In this document: piece by piece, positions 50,227 to 58,769 of the stretch | Position numbering within the stretch: the stretch's first letter is position 1 | Layout: each line of letters begins with the position of its first letter | NCBI GenBank assembly: GCA_013151445.1 | Contig: JAADIG010000005.1 | Coordinates: forward strand, 30,838-94,837 | Length of the DNA stretch: 64,000 nt | Reading direction: 5' to 3' | Origin: Actinomycetota bacterium | GTDB taxonomy: Bacteria > Actinomycetota > Acidimicrobiia > Spongiisociales > UBA5794 | Program-made: the position numbers and the translations under genes | The notes under the pieces: model-generated | Told to the model about the DNA's origin: nothing | Database searches by the model: none | Seen by the model: the letters and a program-made list of their open reading frames with translations, nothing else

Positions 50227-51356
50227 CCTCGGTCCTTCCTCATGGTTCTTTTTGATCTCAAAACTTGTGCGAGGGCTTGCGCAGTGGGGAGAAGTGGCGA
50301 AACCGAACTCAGGGCAAGGTTTATTTTCTGGTCCGGGACACCGGCCCGGCGCCCGGCCTCGCGCAGGTCGGCGGGATCGTTGCTTGCTGCTCGCCGTTGG
50401 AGTTCGCGCCGCAGCCGCATCCCAAGATAAGCGCCTGCGGGTCGGCGGGCATCTTCGATGCGTGCGAGGCGGGTTCCGAGCGCCGTTGCGTATTGAGATC
50501 GCGAAGGTTCAAGAGTGCGTTTGTTGCGCTCGATTGGTCCGAAGCGTGAGGTCGCCGACACGGCATACACGAATGCGGCGACACCGAGCAGCAGCAGCGT
50601 AGTTTTGATGTTCCGCGGGAGCGTTGCGAAACCGGTGGTTGGGCTCGGCGGTGTGACCGGTTCGTAGAAGAAAACCGGCTGGTCGGGTGCTCCGGCAACG
50701 AGTAGTGGGAGGCTGGCGTTATCAGCGTTGTACAGCCATCGGTTTGTGAGCAGGTCCGGATCTGCGAGGAACCAGGCAATTCCCTTCCCGATGGCGTCGG
50801 CGGCAACCGATGCACCGTCGGCGGTCACAACGACCGGGAGGGCGTCGCCAAGATCCGTGAACTGGCGGATGCCGGCTACGGGGCCACGGAGCATTGCGAG
50901 TTCGATACGTTCATCCAGCAGGCCATCAACTGTGACTTGAACCTGTGCCTGGACCGTCGTGGGTGAGGTTATCCGCGGTGCGACGGTGAGTGGTGGTGGT
51001 GCCCCAGCGAGGGCGAACACAACGTTGACGCCCGAACCGATGAGCTCCTCGAGTTGAGTTATCTCGGCGGCATCGAACGCGTGGATGCCGGCGATGAACA
51101 CCGTGGATCCCGGCGACACCGCAAGTGTGGATGTTGAAGGAAGGTCGGGTAGGCGGCGTATTGGGTGATCCTGTTCAAGGAGTGCATAAAGGTTGTCGAG
51201 CCCCGCGAGGGATGTGTCGTACGTTGACCACGGCACTGACTGTGTCGTTGGGGTCGGTGTTGGGGGGAAGAGTGTGATGTAGAGGCCCGCAAACAGTACG
51301 AAACCAACGGGAACCGTCCACACGACGTTCCAAAAGCCCTCCCGGCGGCGCTTCAT
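50223..51356 (-). CDS. DUF4350-domain protein (N-terminal TM anchor)
   Basis: TM 'VVWTVPVGFVLFAGLYITLF' then an extracytoplasmic domain resembling DUF4350. ATGA overlaps at both ends. Confidence 0.5.
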   Translation of the reverse strand: MKRRREGFWNVVWTVPVGFVLFAGLYITLFPPTPTPTTQSVPWSTYDTSLAGLDNLYALLEQDHPIRRLPDLPSTSTLAVSPGSTVFIAGIHAFDAAEITQLEELIGSGVNVVFALAGAPPPLTVAPRITSPTTVQAQVQVTVDGLLDERIELAMLRGPVAGIRQFTDLGDALPVVVTADGASVAADAIGKGIAWFLADPDLLTNRWLYNADNASLPLLVAGAPDQPVFFYEPVTPPSPTTGFATLPRNIKTTLLLLGVAAFVYAVSATSRFGPIERNKRTLEPSRSQYATALGTRLARIEDARRPAGAYLGMRLRRELQRRAASNDPADLREAGRRAGVPDQKINLALSSVSPLLPTAQALAQVLRSKRTMRKDRG

Positions 51357-52030
51357 GACGGATCCTCCGCAAGGATCTCGGCCCACACTTGTTCAAGATC
51401 GTCGGCCATGGTCTTGGTTGCTGGACGTTCGGCGTAGACAACGGTGTCGAAGTCCTGCGCAACCCGACTGGCGAGCGGATGACGGCTCGTTCGCCGAAGA
51501 GTGTCCGCGGTGGCTGTGGTGTGGTCGGTGATCTTTCCCCGCTCCTCCATTGCGGCGAGTCCCCATCGGAACCAGAGACGGACGGCGCTGGCGTAATCAC
51601 CGCCGTCTGCGGCCTCTTGCGCATCGTCGGCGTAGGTGCGGCGCTGCACATCCAGATTTGGGGCCGCGTCGGGCGACGCCCGTACGGCCGCCGGTTTCTT
51701 GCGGCCCTTGCGGGTCCGTACGAAGACGACCACAAGGGCGATACCGAGGGCGGCGATCAGGAAGTAGGCGAGGAACGTGCCATCGCCCGCCGCAGGCGGT
51801 CGTGCGGGAGACTCGAAGTTGTTGGGTTCTTGCTGGGTCGTTCCGGCAACATCGAGTCGAGTCAGCGTGTCGATGCGCTCCACGGCTGCCTCCGGGGATG
51901 CCTCTCCCAGGATCGTATCCATGTCTACCGAGCGACCGTCAACCTCCGTCACCGCCCGCAGTTGATCGAACGCGCCGGGGTCTGTCTGTGCGTTCTCGGC
52001 CAGGTCGACAAGTTCTTGGCTGGTAATCAT
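51353..52030 (-). CDS. DUF4129-domain protein (single TM, C-terminal DUF4129)
   Basis: TM 'FLAYFLIAALGIALVVVFV', then C-terminal 'AVRLWFRWGLAAMEERGKI...TADTLRRT' typical of DUF4129. Start set at ATG 52030, which forms an ATGA overlap with the upstream membrane gene's stop. Confidence 0.5.
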   Translation of the reverse strand: MITSQELVDLAENAQTDPGAFDQLRAVTEVDGRSVDMDTILGEASPEAAVERIDTLTRLDVAGTTQQEPNNFESPARPPAAGDGTFLAYFLIAALGIALVVVFVRTRKGRKKPAAVRASPDAAPNLDVQRRTYADDAQEAADGGDYASAVRLWFRWGLAAMEERGKITDHTTATADTLRRTSRHPLASRVAQDFDTVVYAERPATKTMADDLEQVWAEILAEDPS

Positions 52031-52842
52031 GGCGTCGGTGGGCTGGGTTGGGCGGCCGTCCGGGCCCTGTTGACTCTCTCCAGGAGGTCGAGGCCATCTC
52101 TTCTTGCGATACCGTCCGATACAAGCGATACCGAAATAGCGCCGATGGTTCCCAGTGCTGTTGACGCAACCAGGATGAAGACCGGAGCGATGATGGCCAG
52201 CACAGGAGTCGGTGGAGGATTCTCGGTGATCCATGCGAATGCCACACCGTAGGTCCCGACACCGAGACCGACGATCACGAGTGCGGTCACAAGGACGACC
52301 CAGAGGACCTTGAACACTCGACGGGTTGCGAGGTGGAACGACCGGGTCAGCGTTGCAACGTACCCCTTGTCCTCTCGGACGAGGATGCCAGGGATATGCA
52401 GCACGAGCGGGAGCGGTAGCAACAGGACCGTACCGACAGCCATCGTCGCGGCCAAGGACAAGTTCTTGATGGGGATTGCGAGGCCAAGGGTTCTGAATAG
52501 CTCTCGTGCTGAGCGGCGGCGACCGGTACGAACGTCTTCGGCGACGTATGCAGCCCCAATGATTTGGAAAGCAAACACGAGTGCAAGCAGCGAGAAGTCG
52601 ACGGCGTCAGGGTGCAGTCGTCCTGTTTGAACCGCCCCTTCGAGGTTGATACCTGTGGCTGGTCCGGACCAGTTACGGATGATTGCCACAATCGTGTACA
52701 CCGATCCGATCGCTAACGTCACTCGTGTCATCGTGCCTAGTGATCGACGCCATAGGGCGAATCCCACATCTATGACTTCACCGATTTCGAGCGGTCTATC
52801 CGGCGGCTGTTCCTGGGTCGTCCCTAACACGGCGCTCAGCAT
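52027..52842 (-). CDS. Hypothetical polytopic membrane protein (first gene of the MoxR-associated block)
   Basis: About 6 TM helices. Start set at 'MLSAVLG' (ATG 52842), 20 nt after the egtD stop. Confidence 0.45.
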   Translation of the reverse strand: MLSAVLGTTQEQPPDRPLEIGEVIDVGFALWRRSLGTMTRVTLAIGSVYTIVAIIRNWSGPATGINLEGAVQTGRLHPDAVDFSLLALVFAFQIIGAAYVAEDVRTGRRRSARELFRTLGLAIPIKNLSLAATMAVGTVLLLPLPLVLHIPGILVREDKGYVATLTRSFHLATRRVFKVLWVVLVTALVIVGLGVGTYGVAFAWITENPPPTPVLAIIAPVFILVASTALGTIGAISVSLVSDGIARRDGLDLLERVNRARTAAQPSPPTP

Positions 52843-52861
52843 ATCAGCGCCGCGCCTCGTT

Positions 52862-53893
52862 TCACTGGCGCGGCCGATGAAGCTTCCAGGGACGCTGCCG
52901 GGAGACAGGTTTGGGCTGCAGCAAAGCAACCGCAAATCTATCCTCGGTGTCGGTCCACCACCCACCGACGGACAGTCCCGCGGCGGATGCTTCGGCGACT
53001 ACGACGTCATACCGGAACTTGCAGGACACTTCGTCGTGGATTTCCTCGCCCTTTGCGAGGTGAATCGTGAGATCGAGGTCGGCGACTGTCACGTCCATGG
53101 CGCGGGTTGCTCGCAGTCCCATGGCGACACACTCGCTTGCAGCAACCCATTTCACGACGTACTCGAACTCATCGACTGGGAAGTTGGCGCCGAGTTCCCT
53201 GTTGAGAACGTGGAGGATGTTCTTGTTGAACTCTGCGGTAACACCAGCGCTGTCGTTGTATGCGGCTAGGAGCGTCTCGACATCCTTCACGAGATCAAGA
53301 CCTACGAGGAGGCCGTCAGCCGGTTCGAGTACGGCCCCGACCGAGCGATAGAACTCGACTCTCTCCTGGGACCGAAAATTCCCGATCGTCGACCCGAGGA
53401 ACGTCACGAGCCGGCGTCCGGAGTGTGGGATTTTCGGGAGATCCGAGGGGAAATCACCCACGAGACCTTCGATTGTCAGCCAGGGATAGTGTCCACTCAA
53501 AGTCTCTGCGGCGTCGCGAATCGCTGCCTCGGAGATATCGAACGGAACGTAGAGTGTTCCGGTCCCCGCCCGGCGGAGGGCCTCAAGCAACAATCGGGTT
53601 TTGACCGAGTATCCAGACCCGAGCTCGACGAGCTCCACGGGTTTGATCGCATCCATCATTTCGTCCGCATACAACGTGAGAATCTCCGCTTCGGCCCGGG
53701 TGAGGTAGTACTCCGGGAGTCGGGTGATGTCTTCAAACAGCTCCGACCCGCGGGCGTCGTAGAAGTATTTTGACGAGAGTTGTTTTGGTGTTCCGATCAA
53801 CCCCTGGCGAGTATCCGCGGCGAGTTCAGCACCGACGTTCGACGGAGGTGACAGCCTCCGGATCGAGGGTGCAGTTTCAAGCTGTCCAGTCAT
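52862..53893 (-). CDS. egtD: L-histidine N-alpha-methyltransferase (ergothioneine biosynthesis)
   Basis: '[34 protein letters not shown]', '[14 protein letters not shown]' SAM-binding and 'FLGSTIGNF' EgtD motifs. Start at ATG 53893 forms an ATGA overlap with the egtC stop. Confidence 0.85.
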   Translation of the reverse strand: [343 protein letters not shown]

Positions 53894-54660
53894 AGCCCCT
53901 CCAGCGGGTGCGTGGTGATTCCCTGTGATGTGAGATGGACGAGGTGATGCTCCGGGACCGGCTCCCAAGCTCGCAGGTCGTCCAACGGTTCCGAGACCAC
54001 CCACGATCCGGTCGATTGTTGAACGGTATATAAACTATTCAGCGGGGCATTCACGGAGTGGCGCACCGCAACTATGCCGGTTCCGTCACCTACGACGAGA
54101 TTCATTGTTGCGTCAGAGCCGTTCTCGGCGACAAGCCCGCCGACGAAGTTCAGTGCTTCGGTCGTGGCGTCAACGAGGTTTCCCTCATAACGATCGACGA
54201 CGGTGAGGAAGATGGCCAGTGAATCGTTGATGGTATGCAGTTGCTCATAGGTGTCCGCGGAGAGTGAGCTCAACAGGCTACGTCCCAGAGCACCACGGAA
54301 CCCCGTGATGCGGCCATTGTGTACCGCGGCCAAATCACCAACAACAAATGGTGCAACGTTTGCTGGACCGATCGCAATGCCGGCACTCGCCGAGCGAACC
54401 GCTGCGATCAGCATTCCGGAGGTGAGACGTTCCGAGAGAGCGGGCAGGTTGGCATCCTGCCAGGGTGCGAGCGGTGTGACGTAGCGCAGTGGTGTGCGGT
54501 CCCCACCGTCCCACCAGGCCACCCCCGTTCCGTCGACGTTGACGGAGCCATGGATCTGCTCGCGCGGCTGATACGCCTGTTTCTCAAGCGAGTGAGGCGC
54601 TCGGTAGAGTGCCTCGGCGAGCGGAATCGCATCCCCAACATACGCAGCTAGACGGCACAT
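53890..54660 (-). CDS. egtC: Gamma-glutamyl-hercynylcysteine sulfoxide hydrolase (class II glutamine-amidotransferase fold)
   Basis: Begins 'MCRLAAYVGD' (Ntn-hydrolase Cys2 nucleophile), ~256 aa, positioned between egtB and egtD. The ORF-track start at 55497 was rejected (overlaps egtB). Confidence 0.8.
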   Translation of the reverse strand: MCRLAAYVGDAIPLAEALYRAPHSLEKQAYQPREQIHGSVNVDGTGVAWWDGGDRTPLRYVTPLAPWQDANLPALSERLTSGMLIAAVRSASAGIAIGPANVAPFVVGDLAAVHNGRITGFRGALGRSLLSSLSADTYEQLHTINDSLAIFLTVVDRYEGNLVDATTEALNFVGGLVAENGSDATMNLVVGDGTGIVAVRHSVNAPLNSLYTVQQSTGSWVVSEPLDDLRAWEPVPEHHLVHLTSQGITTHPLEGL

Positions 54661-54661
54661 C

Positions 54662-55999
54662 TCAGATGTCCCAGGCCAATCTGATACCGGCGAAGATCTG
54701 ACGGCGGATTGGGTAGTCCCAGTTGCGGAACGTTGTGCGTGCCGTCGACTTCGATGTCGCCCACGACGCTCCCCGCAACACCCTGTAGTCCTCACCGAAG
54801 AACACTTCGGAGTACTCCGGGTACGGAAACATCGTGTAGCCGGGGTACGGCTCGAAGAACGACGTCGTCCACTCATATCCATCGCCCAGCATCTGTTCGA
54901 CACCGTATGCGCTCGCCCCGGCCGGATAACTTCCGACTGGAGCCGGACCCCAGCCACGATGGCCAAGGTTGGCGTGGTCGGTCGTCGGCGCAGTCTCGCC
55001 CCATGGATAACTTCGTGTGGTTGCTGTCTCCGGGTCCCATGCCGCGGCCTTTTCCCACTCGACCTCCGTTGGAAGGCGTGCACCGAGGGAGCGGGCGAAC
55101 GCCTCCGCTTCGTGAAAGCTGACGTGCTCGACCGGTTCGGCAGGATCGAGAGAGGTGATGTGGCCAAAGCGCCGTACGAGCCATCCGCCGTCGAGATCGG
55201 GAATCCAGCCCTGGGGTGCCGCATGGCCCTGCTCGGTGATCCAATCCCAACCATCTGCGGTCCAAAGTTCCTGACGTTGATAGCCCCCTGCCCGAACGAA
55301 TTCGCTGTAACGAGCAACGGTAACCGGGAATTTGTCGATGGCGAACGTGTCGACGTTGATCGCATGGGCGGGGCGTTCGTTGTCGTACGTGTGTGTGCGG
55401 TCGTCCGTTCCGAGGCTGAACGTTCCACCGGGAATTGTGACCCGGGCGGCGTCGTCCACGGCGTCGGTACGGCGCGGCAGGCGTCGTGGAGTGGCAATCA
55501 CATAGGGGGCCAGATCGTCGCGCAGGTCCAGTGCTTGAAGCACCGTCTCTTGATGTTGAGCCTCGTGCTGGGCAACCATCGACCACACGAACCCGTTCGC
55601 CAGCAGGGGTGTGTCTGGATCTAGATCTGTGTGCCGGAGAAGGTCCAGTGCTTCGCCGCGCACATTGTCCATATATGTGGCGGCTTCGCGGCGATCGAGA
55701 ATGGGCAGATCCGCCCGCACCCACCGCGGGTTGTCAAAAGGGTTGTAGAGACCATCAAGGTCGGGGTCGTGGGCCGCACGTCCATCGAGTTCGCGAAGTA
55801 GCCAGTATTCCTCGAAGTTGGCTACGTGTCCCATATCCCAAACAATCGGGGACATGAGTGAATTGAACTGTCGGTGGAGGTCATCGTCGGTGAGGGCATC
55901 GGTCATCTGGAACGTGCGACTCCGGATGGTGGAGAGCATCGATTCGAGGTCTGTCCGGCGTGCGGCGTGCGCGGCCCCCCGGTTCGGGGCGGCAGTCAT
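54662..55999 (-). CDS. egtB: Hercynine oxygenase / sulfoxide synthase (DinB_2 + FGE-sulfatase domains)
   Basis: 'SPIVWDMGHVANFEEYWLL' iron-binding DinB_2 motif and the C-terminal FGE-like domain ('GGSWATS', 'RNWDYP'). The egtC start codon follows 2 nt after the stop. Confidence 0.85.
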   Translation of the reverse strand: MTAAPNRGAAHAARRTDLESMLSTIRSRTFQMTDALTDDDLHRQFNSLMSPIVWDMGHVANFEEYWLLRELDGRAAHDPDLDGLYNPFDNPRWVRADLPILDRREAATYMDNVRGEALDLLRHTDLDPDTPLLANGFVWSMVAQHEAQHQETVLQALDLRDDLAPYVIATPRRLPRRTDAVDDAARVTIPGGTFSLGTDDRTHTYDNERPAHAINVDTFAIDKFPVTVARYSEFVRAGGYQRQELWTADGWDWITEQGHAAPQGWIPDLDGGWLVRRFGHITSLDPAEPVEHVSFHEAEAFARSLGARLPTEVEWEKAAAWDPETATTRSYPWGETAPTTDHANLGHRGWGPAPVGSYPAGASAYGVEQMLGDGYEWTTSFFEPYPGYTMFPYPEYSEVFFGEDYRVLRGASWATSKSTARTTFRNWDYPIRRQIFAGIRLAWDI

Positions 56000-56054
56000 C
56001 TGGTGGGCCTTCCTTGGTGGGTTAATGCGAGTACCAACATAGCGATTCGCTGAG

Positions 56055-57488
56055 CTATTCCTGTATGGGGACGGCGTTCGCCTGGGGAACTCGCATATCG
56101 ACCAGTTTGTCCGGGTTCATGATCCCGAGGGGATCGAGGGCACCCTTGATCAATCGCATGAGGTCGAGTTCCTCAGCTGCGACGACATCGGCGAAACGGC
56201 GCATCTTCTTTTGGCCGAGACCATGTTCGGCGCTGATTGTGCCGCCGAGATCCAGGGCGGTTGTTTCGATCACGCGCATGATGTCGGACCCGTACCCTGC
56301 GAACTCCTGTGGCTCCATGGAATCGGGCCGTACGACGTTGTAGTGGATGTTGCCATCCCCGACGTGGCCGAAGGTAACGATCTCGGCATCGGGGAGCAAG
56401 GCCCGGACACCCGCATCGGTGACCGTAACGAATTCGGCAACCGCACCGACGGCGACCCCGGTGTCTCCCTTGATACACGTCGGATCTTCAATCAACGCGG
56501 CAGGGATGCCCTCCCGGATTTCCCACAGGGTCCTTTCCTGCTGATCATCAGCTGCAATCACAGCATCCTCGACAACCCCGTCCGCATTGGCTTGTGCAAG
56601 CACATCCAGCAGGGTCTCTTCGAGGGGTATCCGGTCCGACGTTGCGGTCACAACGACGAGTATGTGCCACTCATGAGATCCGGCGAGTGGTGCCCGACGC
56701 CCGTTGAGGTAACGTTCGACGGCGTTGCGGTTCATGAGCTCAAAGGTTGACAGGAACTCATCGAGCTCGGTACGGCATCGGCTGAGAAGATCGACTGCGG
56801 CTGCACACGAGGCCACGCCGATCCAGGCGGTCCTTTGGAGTTTTGGCGCAGGGAACAAGCGGAGCTTTGCTGCGGTGATGATGCCGAGTGTTCCCTCGGC
56901 GCCAAGAAACAGCTGTTTCAGGTCGTAGCCGGTGTTGTCCTTGGGGAGACGATTAAGTCCGTTCCATACGGCACCGTTCGCCAAAACGACTTCCAGGCCG
57001 AGCACCAGATTACGAGCCATGCCGTATCGGATGACGTTGGTCCCTCCCGCGTTGGTGCTGAGATTGCCACCAACTTGGCTACTCAATCCGGCATGTCGAA
57101 GCGGAAACAGTCGGTTGTTGTTCGAAGCTAGCTCTTGGAGCTCCACGAGTAGATAACCAGCCTCGACCGTCACTGTGTTTGATACCAAGTCGATATCGCG
57201 CACTGTGCGCATCTTTTCCAGGGACACTACGACACTCTGTTCATCATCCACCGGTACGGCCCCGCCGACGAGGCCACTGTTGCCGCCGCGAGGAACGATG
57301 CTGACTTCGGCTGCCGCGCACGAACGCACAATCTCGACGAGTTCACTCGTCGTTCGGGGACGCATGACGGCCAACGGAACACCGTGATAGTTCTTGGTGG
57401 CATCCGCCGCATACTGCTCGTTGTCCGCCACTGGCAACGGGCCGTCACCGATGCCACCGAGGGTCACTAACAAGGCATTGCTGGGCAT
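56055..57488 (-). CDS. FAD-linked oxidase (GlcD / D-lactate dehydrogenase-like, FAD_binding_4 + FAD-oxidase_C)
   Basis: 'VSIVPRGGNSGLVGGAVP' FAD-binding motif and C-terminal 'SAEHGLGQKKM'. Start set at 'MPSNALLV' (ATG 57488). The upstream 69-aa extension was judged non-coding. Confidence 0.8.
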   Translation of the reverse strand: MPSNALLVTLGGIGDGPLPVADNEQYAADATKNYHGVPLAVMRPRTTSELVEIVRSCAAAEVSIVPRGGNSGLVGGAVPVDDEQSVVVSLEKMRTVRDIDLVSNTVTVEAGYLLVELQELASNNNRLFPLRHAGLSSQVGGNLSTNAGGTNVIRYGMARNLVLGLEVVLANGAVWNGLNRLPKDNTGYDLKQLFLGAEGTLGIITAAKLRLFPAPKLQRTAWIGVASCAAAVDLLSRCRTELDEFLSTFELMNRNAVERYLNGRRAPLAGSHEWHILVVVTATSDRIPLEETLLDVLAQANADGVVEDAVIAADDQQERTLWEIREGIPAALIEDPTCIKGDTGVAVGAVAEFVTVTDAGVRALLPDAEIVTFGHVGDGNIHYNVVRPDSMEPQEFAGYGSDIMRVIETTALDLGGTISAEHGLGQKKMRRFADVVAAEELDLMRLIKGALDPLGIMNPDKLVDMRVPQANAVPIQE

Positions 57489-57529
57489 GGGATCTCTCTC
57501 CGTTTGCTGCTCTCGCTGGCAGCCGTCTC

Positions 57530-58654
57530 CTATGGTTGGGGTCGAGCTGAGAATACGACCTGAAGGCGTGCTTCGTCGCGTACTGAGACGAAACCCCTCA
57601 TACTCGGTGGGCTGAAGCCAAAGTCGGTAATCGCGATGTTCGTGGTGCCGAGGATTTGGAGGGCACCATCGGCGATGCGACCTTCGATATCCCACACCAC
57701 CTCACGGCTTGTGCCCATGATTGTCAGCTCCCCGGTGATCGACGTCGTGAAGGTTTCGCCAGTAACGATTCCGGGTGGTACCTCGAATCCACTCGTCGTG
57801 AATACTGCGTTGGGATTCGAAGTGAACAGCCGGGCGACGTTACGGTCGCGTCGGCTTTGGTCCGAACGGAAGGACGTGAGGTCGATGGTGATCTCGGAGA
57901 TACCATCGAGATCGATCGTTCCGCCCAGCGTATCGGTGCGTCCAACTGCGACAGTTTCGAGGTTATTGGAGAGGAACACCTCGGGGACGGTATAGGTTGC
58001 TTCACCGTCACGAATGGAGAACGTCCGTGCTGTGAGCGGATCGATCGCCGTCTGTGCGTTGGGAGAATCCGTGTTGAGATCGTCGAGGGCGAGGTTGCCC
58101 GACTCGACATCGATGACACCCTGGAATCCCACACCCACGGCGAGGGCAACGACGGGTAAGGCAATGAGGGCGCCTTGGGGCACCGACACCGATCCCAGGC
58201 CCGTCAACATATACGCTGTTCCAAAGAAGATGATGCCGGCCAGGGGCGCCCCGAATGTGATCATGTTGTCAAGAAACGCAACCTGGACCGCGACCAGCCC
58301 CACCAACACAATCAGAAACCCGACTCCCATGGCGCGCCAAAGGTCCTTGTGCGCCCGTTGCTGAGCCTCTTCCGCCTGGCGGCGAGTCCGTTCGGCGTCG
58401 CGTTTGGCTCTCGTTCCCGAACGTTTCTTTCGCAACGTGTTCGGTTTGTTCTGTTCCGCGAGCATCTTGCTAGTGATTCGGTCGTTGAGCAAAGCACCAA
58501 TAACACCGATGATCAGGGCCCCGATGACAACAGTGAGGGTGTTCATCAGGATCGGATCCGGGGATCGCAGGGGAATGGATAGCGCCGCAGCCACCAGGCC
58601 GGTTGTTGCCCCGATAGCGAGGCCTCGAAGGACTGGCTGGGTGTTCGTTGACAT
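57530..58654 (-). CDS. Membrane-anchored YceI-like domain protein
   Basis: Two N-terminal TM helices, a Lys/Arg/Glu-rich coiled segment, another TM, and a C-terminal β-rich YceI-like domain ('ISEITIDLTSFRSDQSRRDRNV', 'TGELTIMGTSREV'). Start at 'MSTNTQPVLRG' (ATG 58654). Confidence 0.55.
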   Translation of the reverse strand: MSTNTQPVLRGLAIGATTGLVAAALSIPLRSPDPILMNTLTVVIGALIIGVIGALLNDRITSKMLAEQNKPNTLRKKRSGTRAKRDAERTRRQAEEAQQRAHKDLWRAMGVGFLIVLVGLVAVQVAFLDNMITFGAPLAGIIFFGTAYMLTGLGSVSVPQGALIALPVVALAVGVGFQGVIDVESGNLALDDLNTDSPNAQTAIDPLTARTFSIRDGEATYTVPEVFLSNNLETVAVGRTDTLGGTIDLDGISEITIDLTSFRSDQSRRDRNVARLFTSNPNAVFTTSGFEVPPGIVTGETFTTSITGELTIMGTSREVVWDIEGRIADGALQILGTTNIAITDFGFSPPSMRGFVSVRDEARLQVVFSARPQP

Positions 58655-58670
58655 GGGTTCCTTCCGCACC

Positions 58671-58683
58671 GGACACGGTGTCC
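58671..58683. promoter_or_regulatory. 13-bp perfect palindrome GGACACGGTGTCC just upstream of the YceI-like gene's RBS
   Basis: GGACAC-G-GTGTCC lies 17-29 nt upstream of the start codon and is followed by GGAAGG. Could be an operator site. Confidence 0.25.
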
Positions 58684-58769
58684 ATCCGTGATGATCGGGC
58701 CAGTATGGCCGAATGCCGTGACTTAGTTTGCGGATCCGACCCAGCGCCGTTGCGTGGGTGCTGTGTGGG

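Noticed and set aside
53894-54004. 37-aa N-terminal extension of EgtD
   Set aside because: Overlaps the egtC 3' end. Gly/Pro/Ala-rich. The ATG at 53893 gives the ATGA coupling with the egtC stop and a normal EgtD N-terminus.
54661-55497. ORF-track extension making a 535-aa 'EgtC' that overlaps egtB
   Set aside because: EgtC-type Ntn amidohydrolases start with Met-Cys (MCRL...). The upstream part is the wrong frame of egtB and is Arg/Pro-rich.
57489-57695. Upstream extensions of the FAD-oxidase ORF (to 57695) and of the YceI-like membrane protein ORF (58655-58879)
   Set aside because: Both are Arg/His/Ser-rich with no hydrophobic or domain content and overlap neighbouring genes. Internal ATGs give sensible N-termini.
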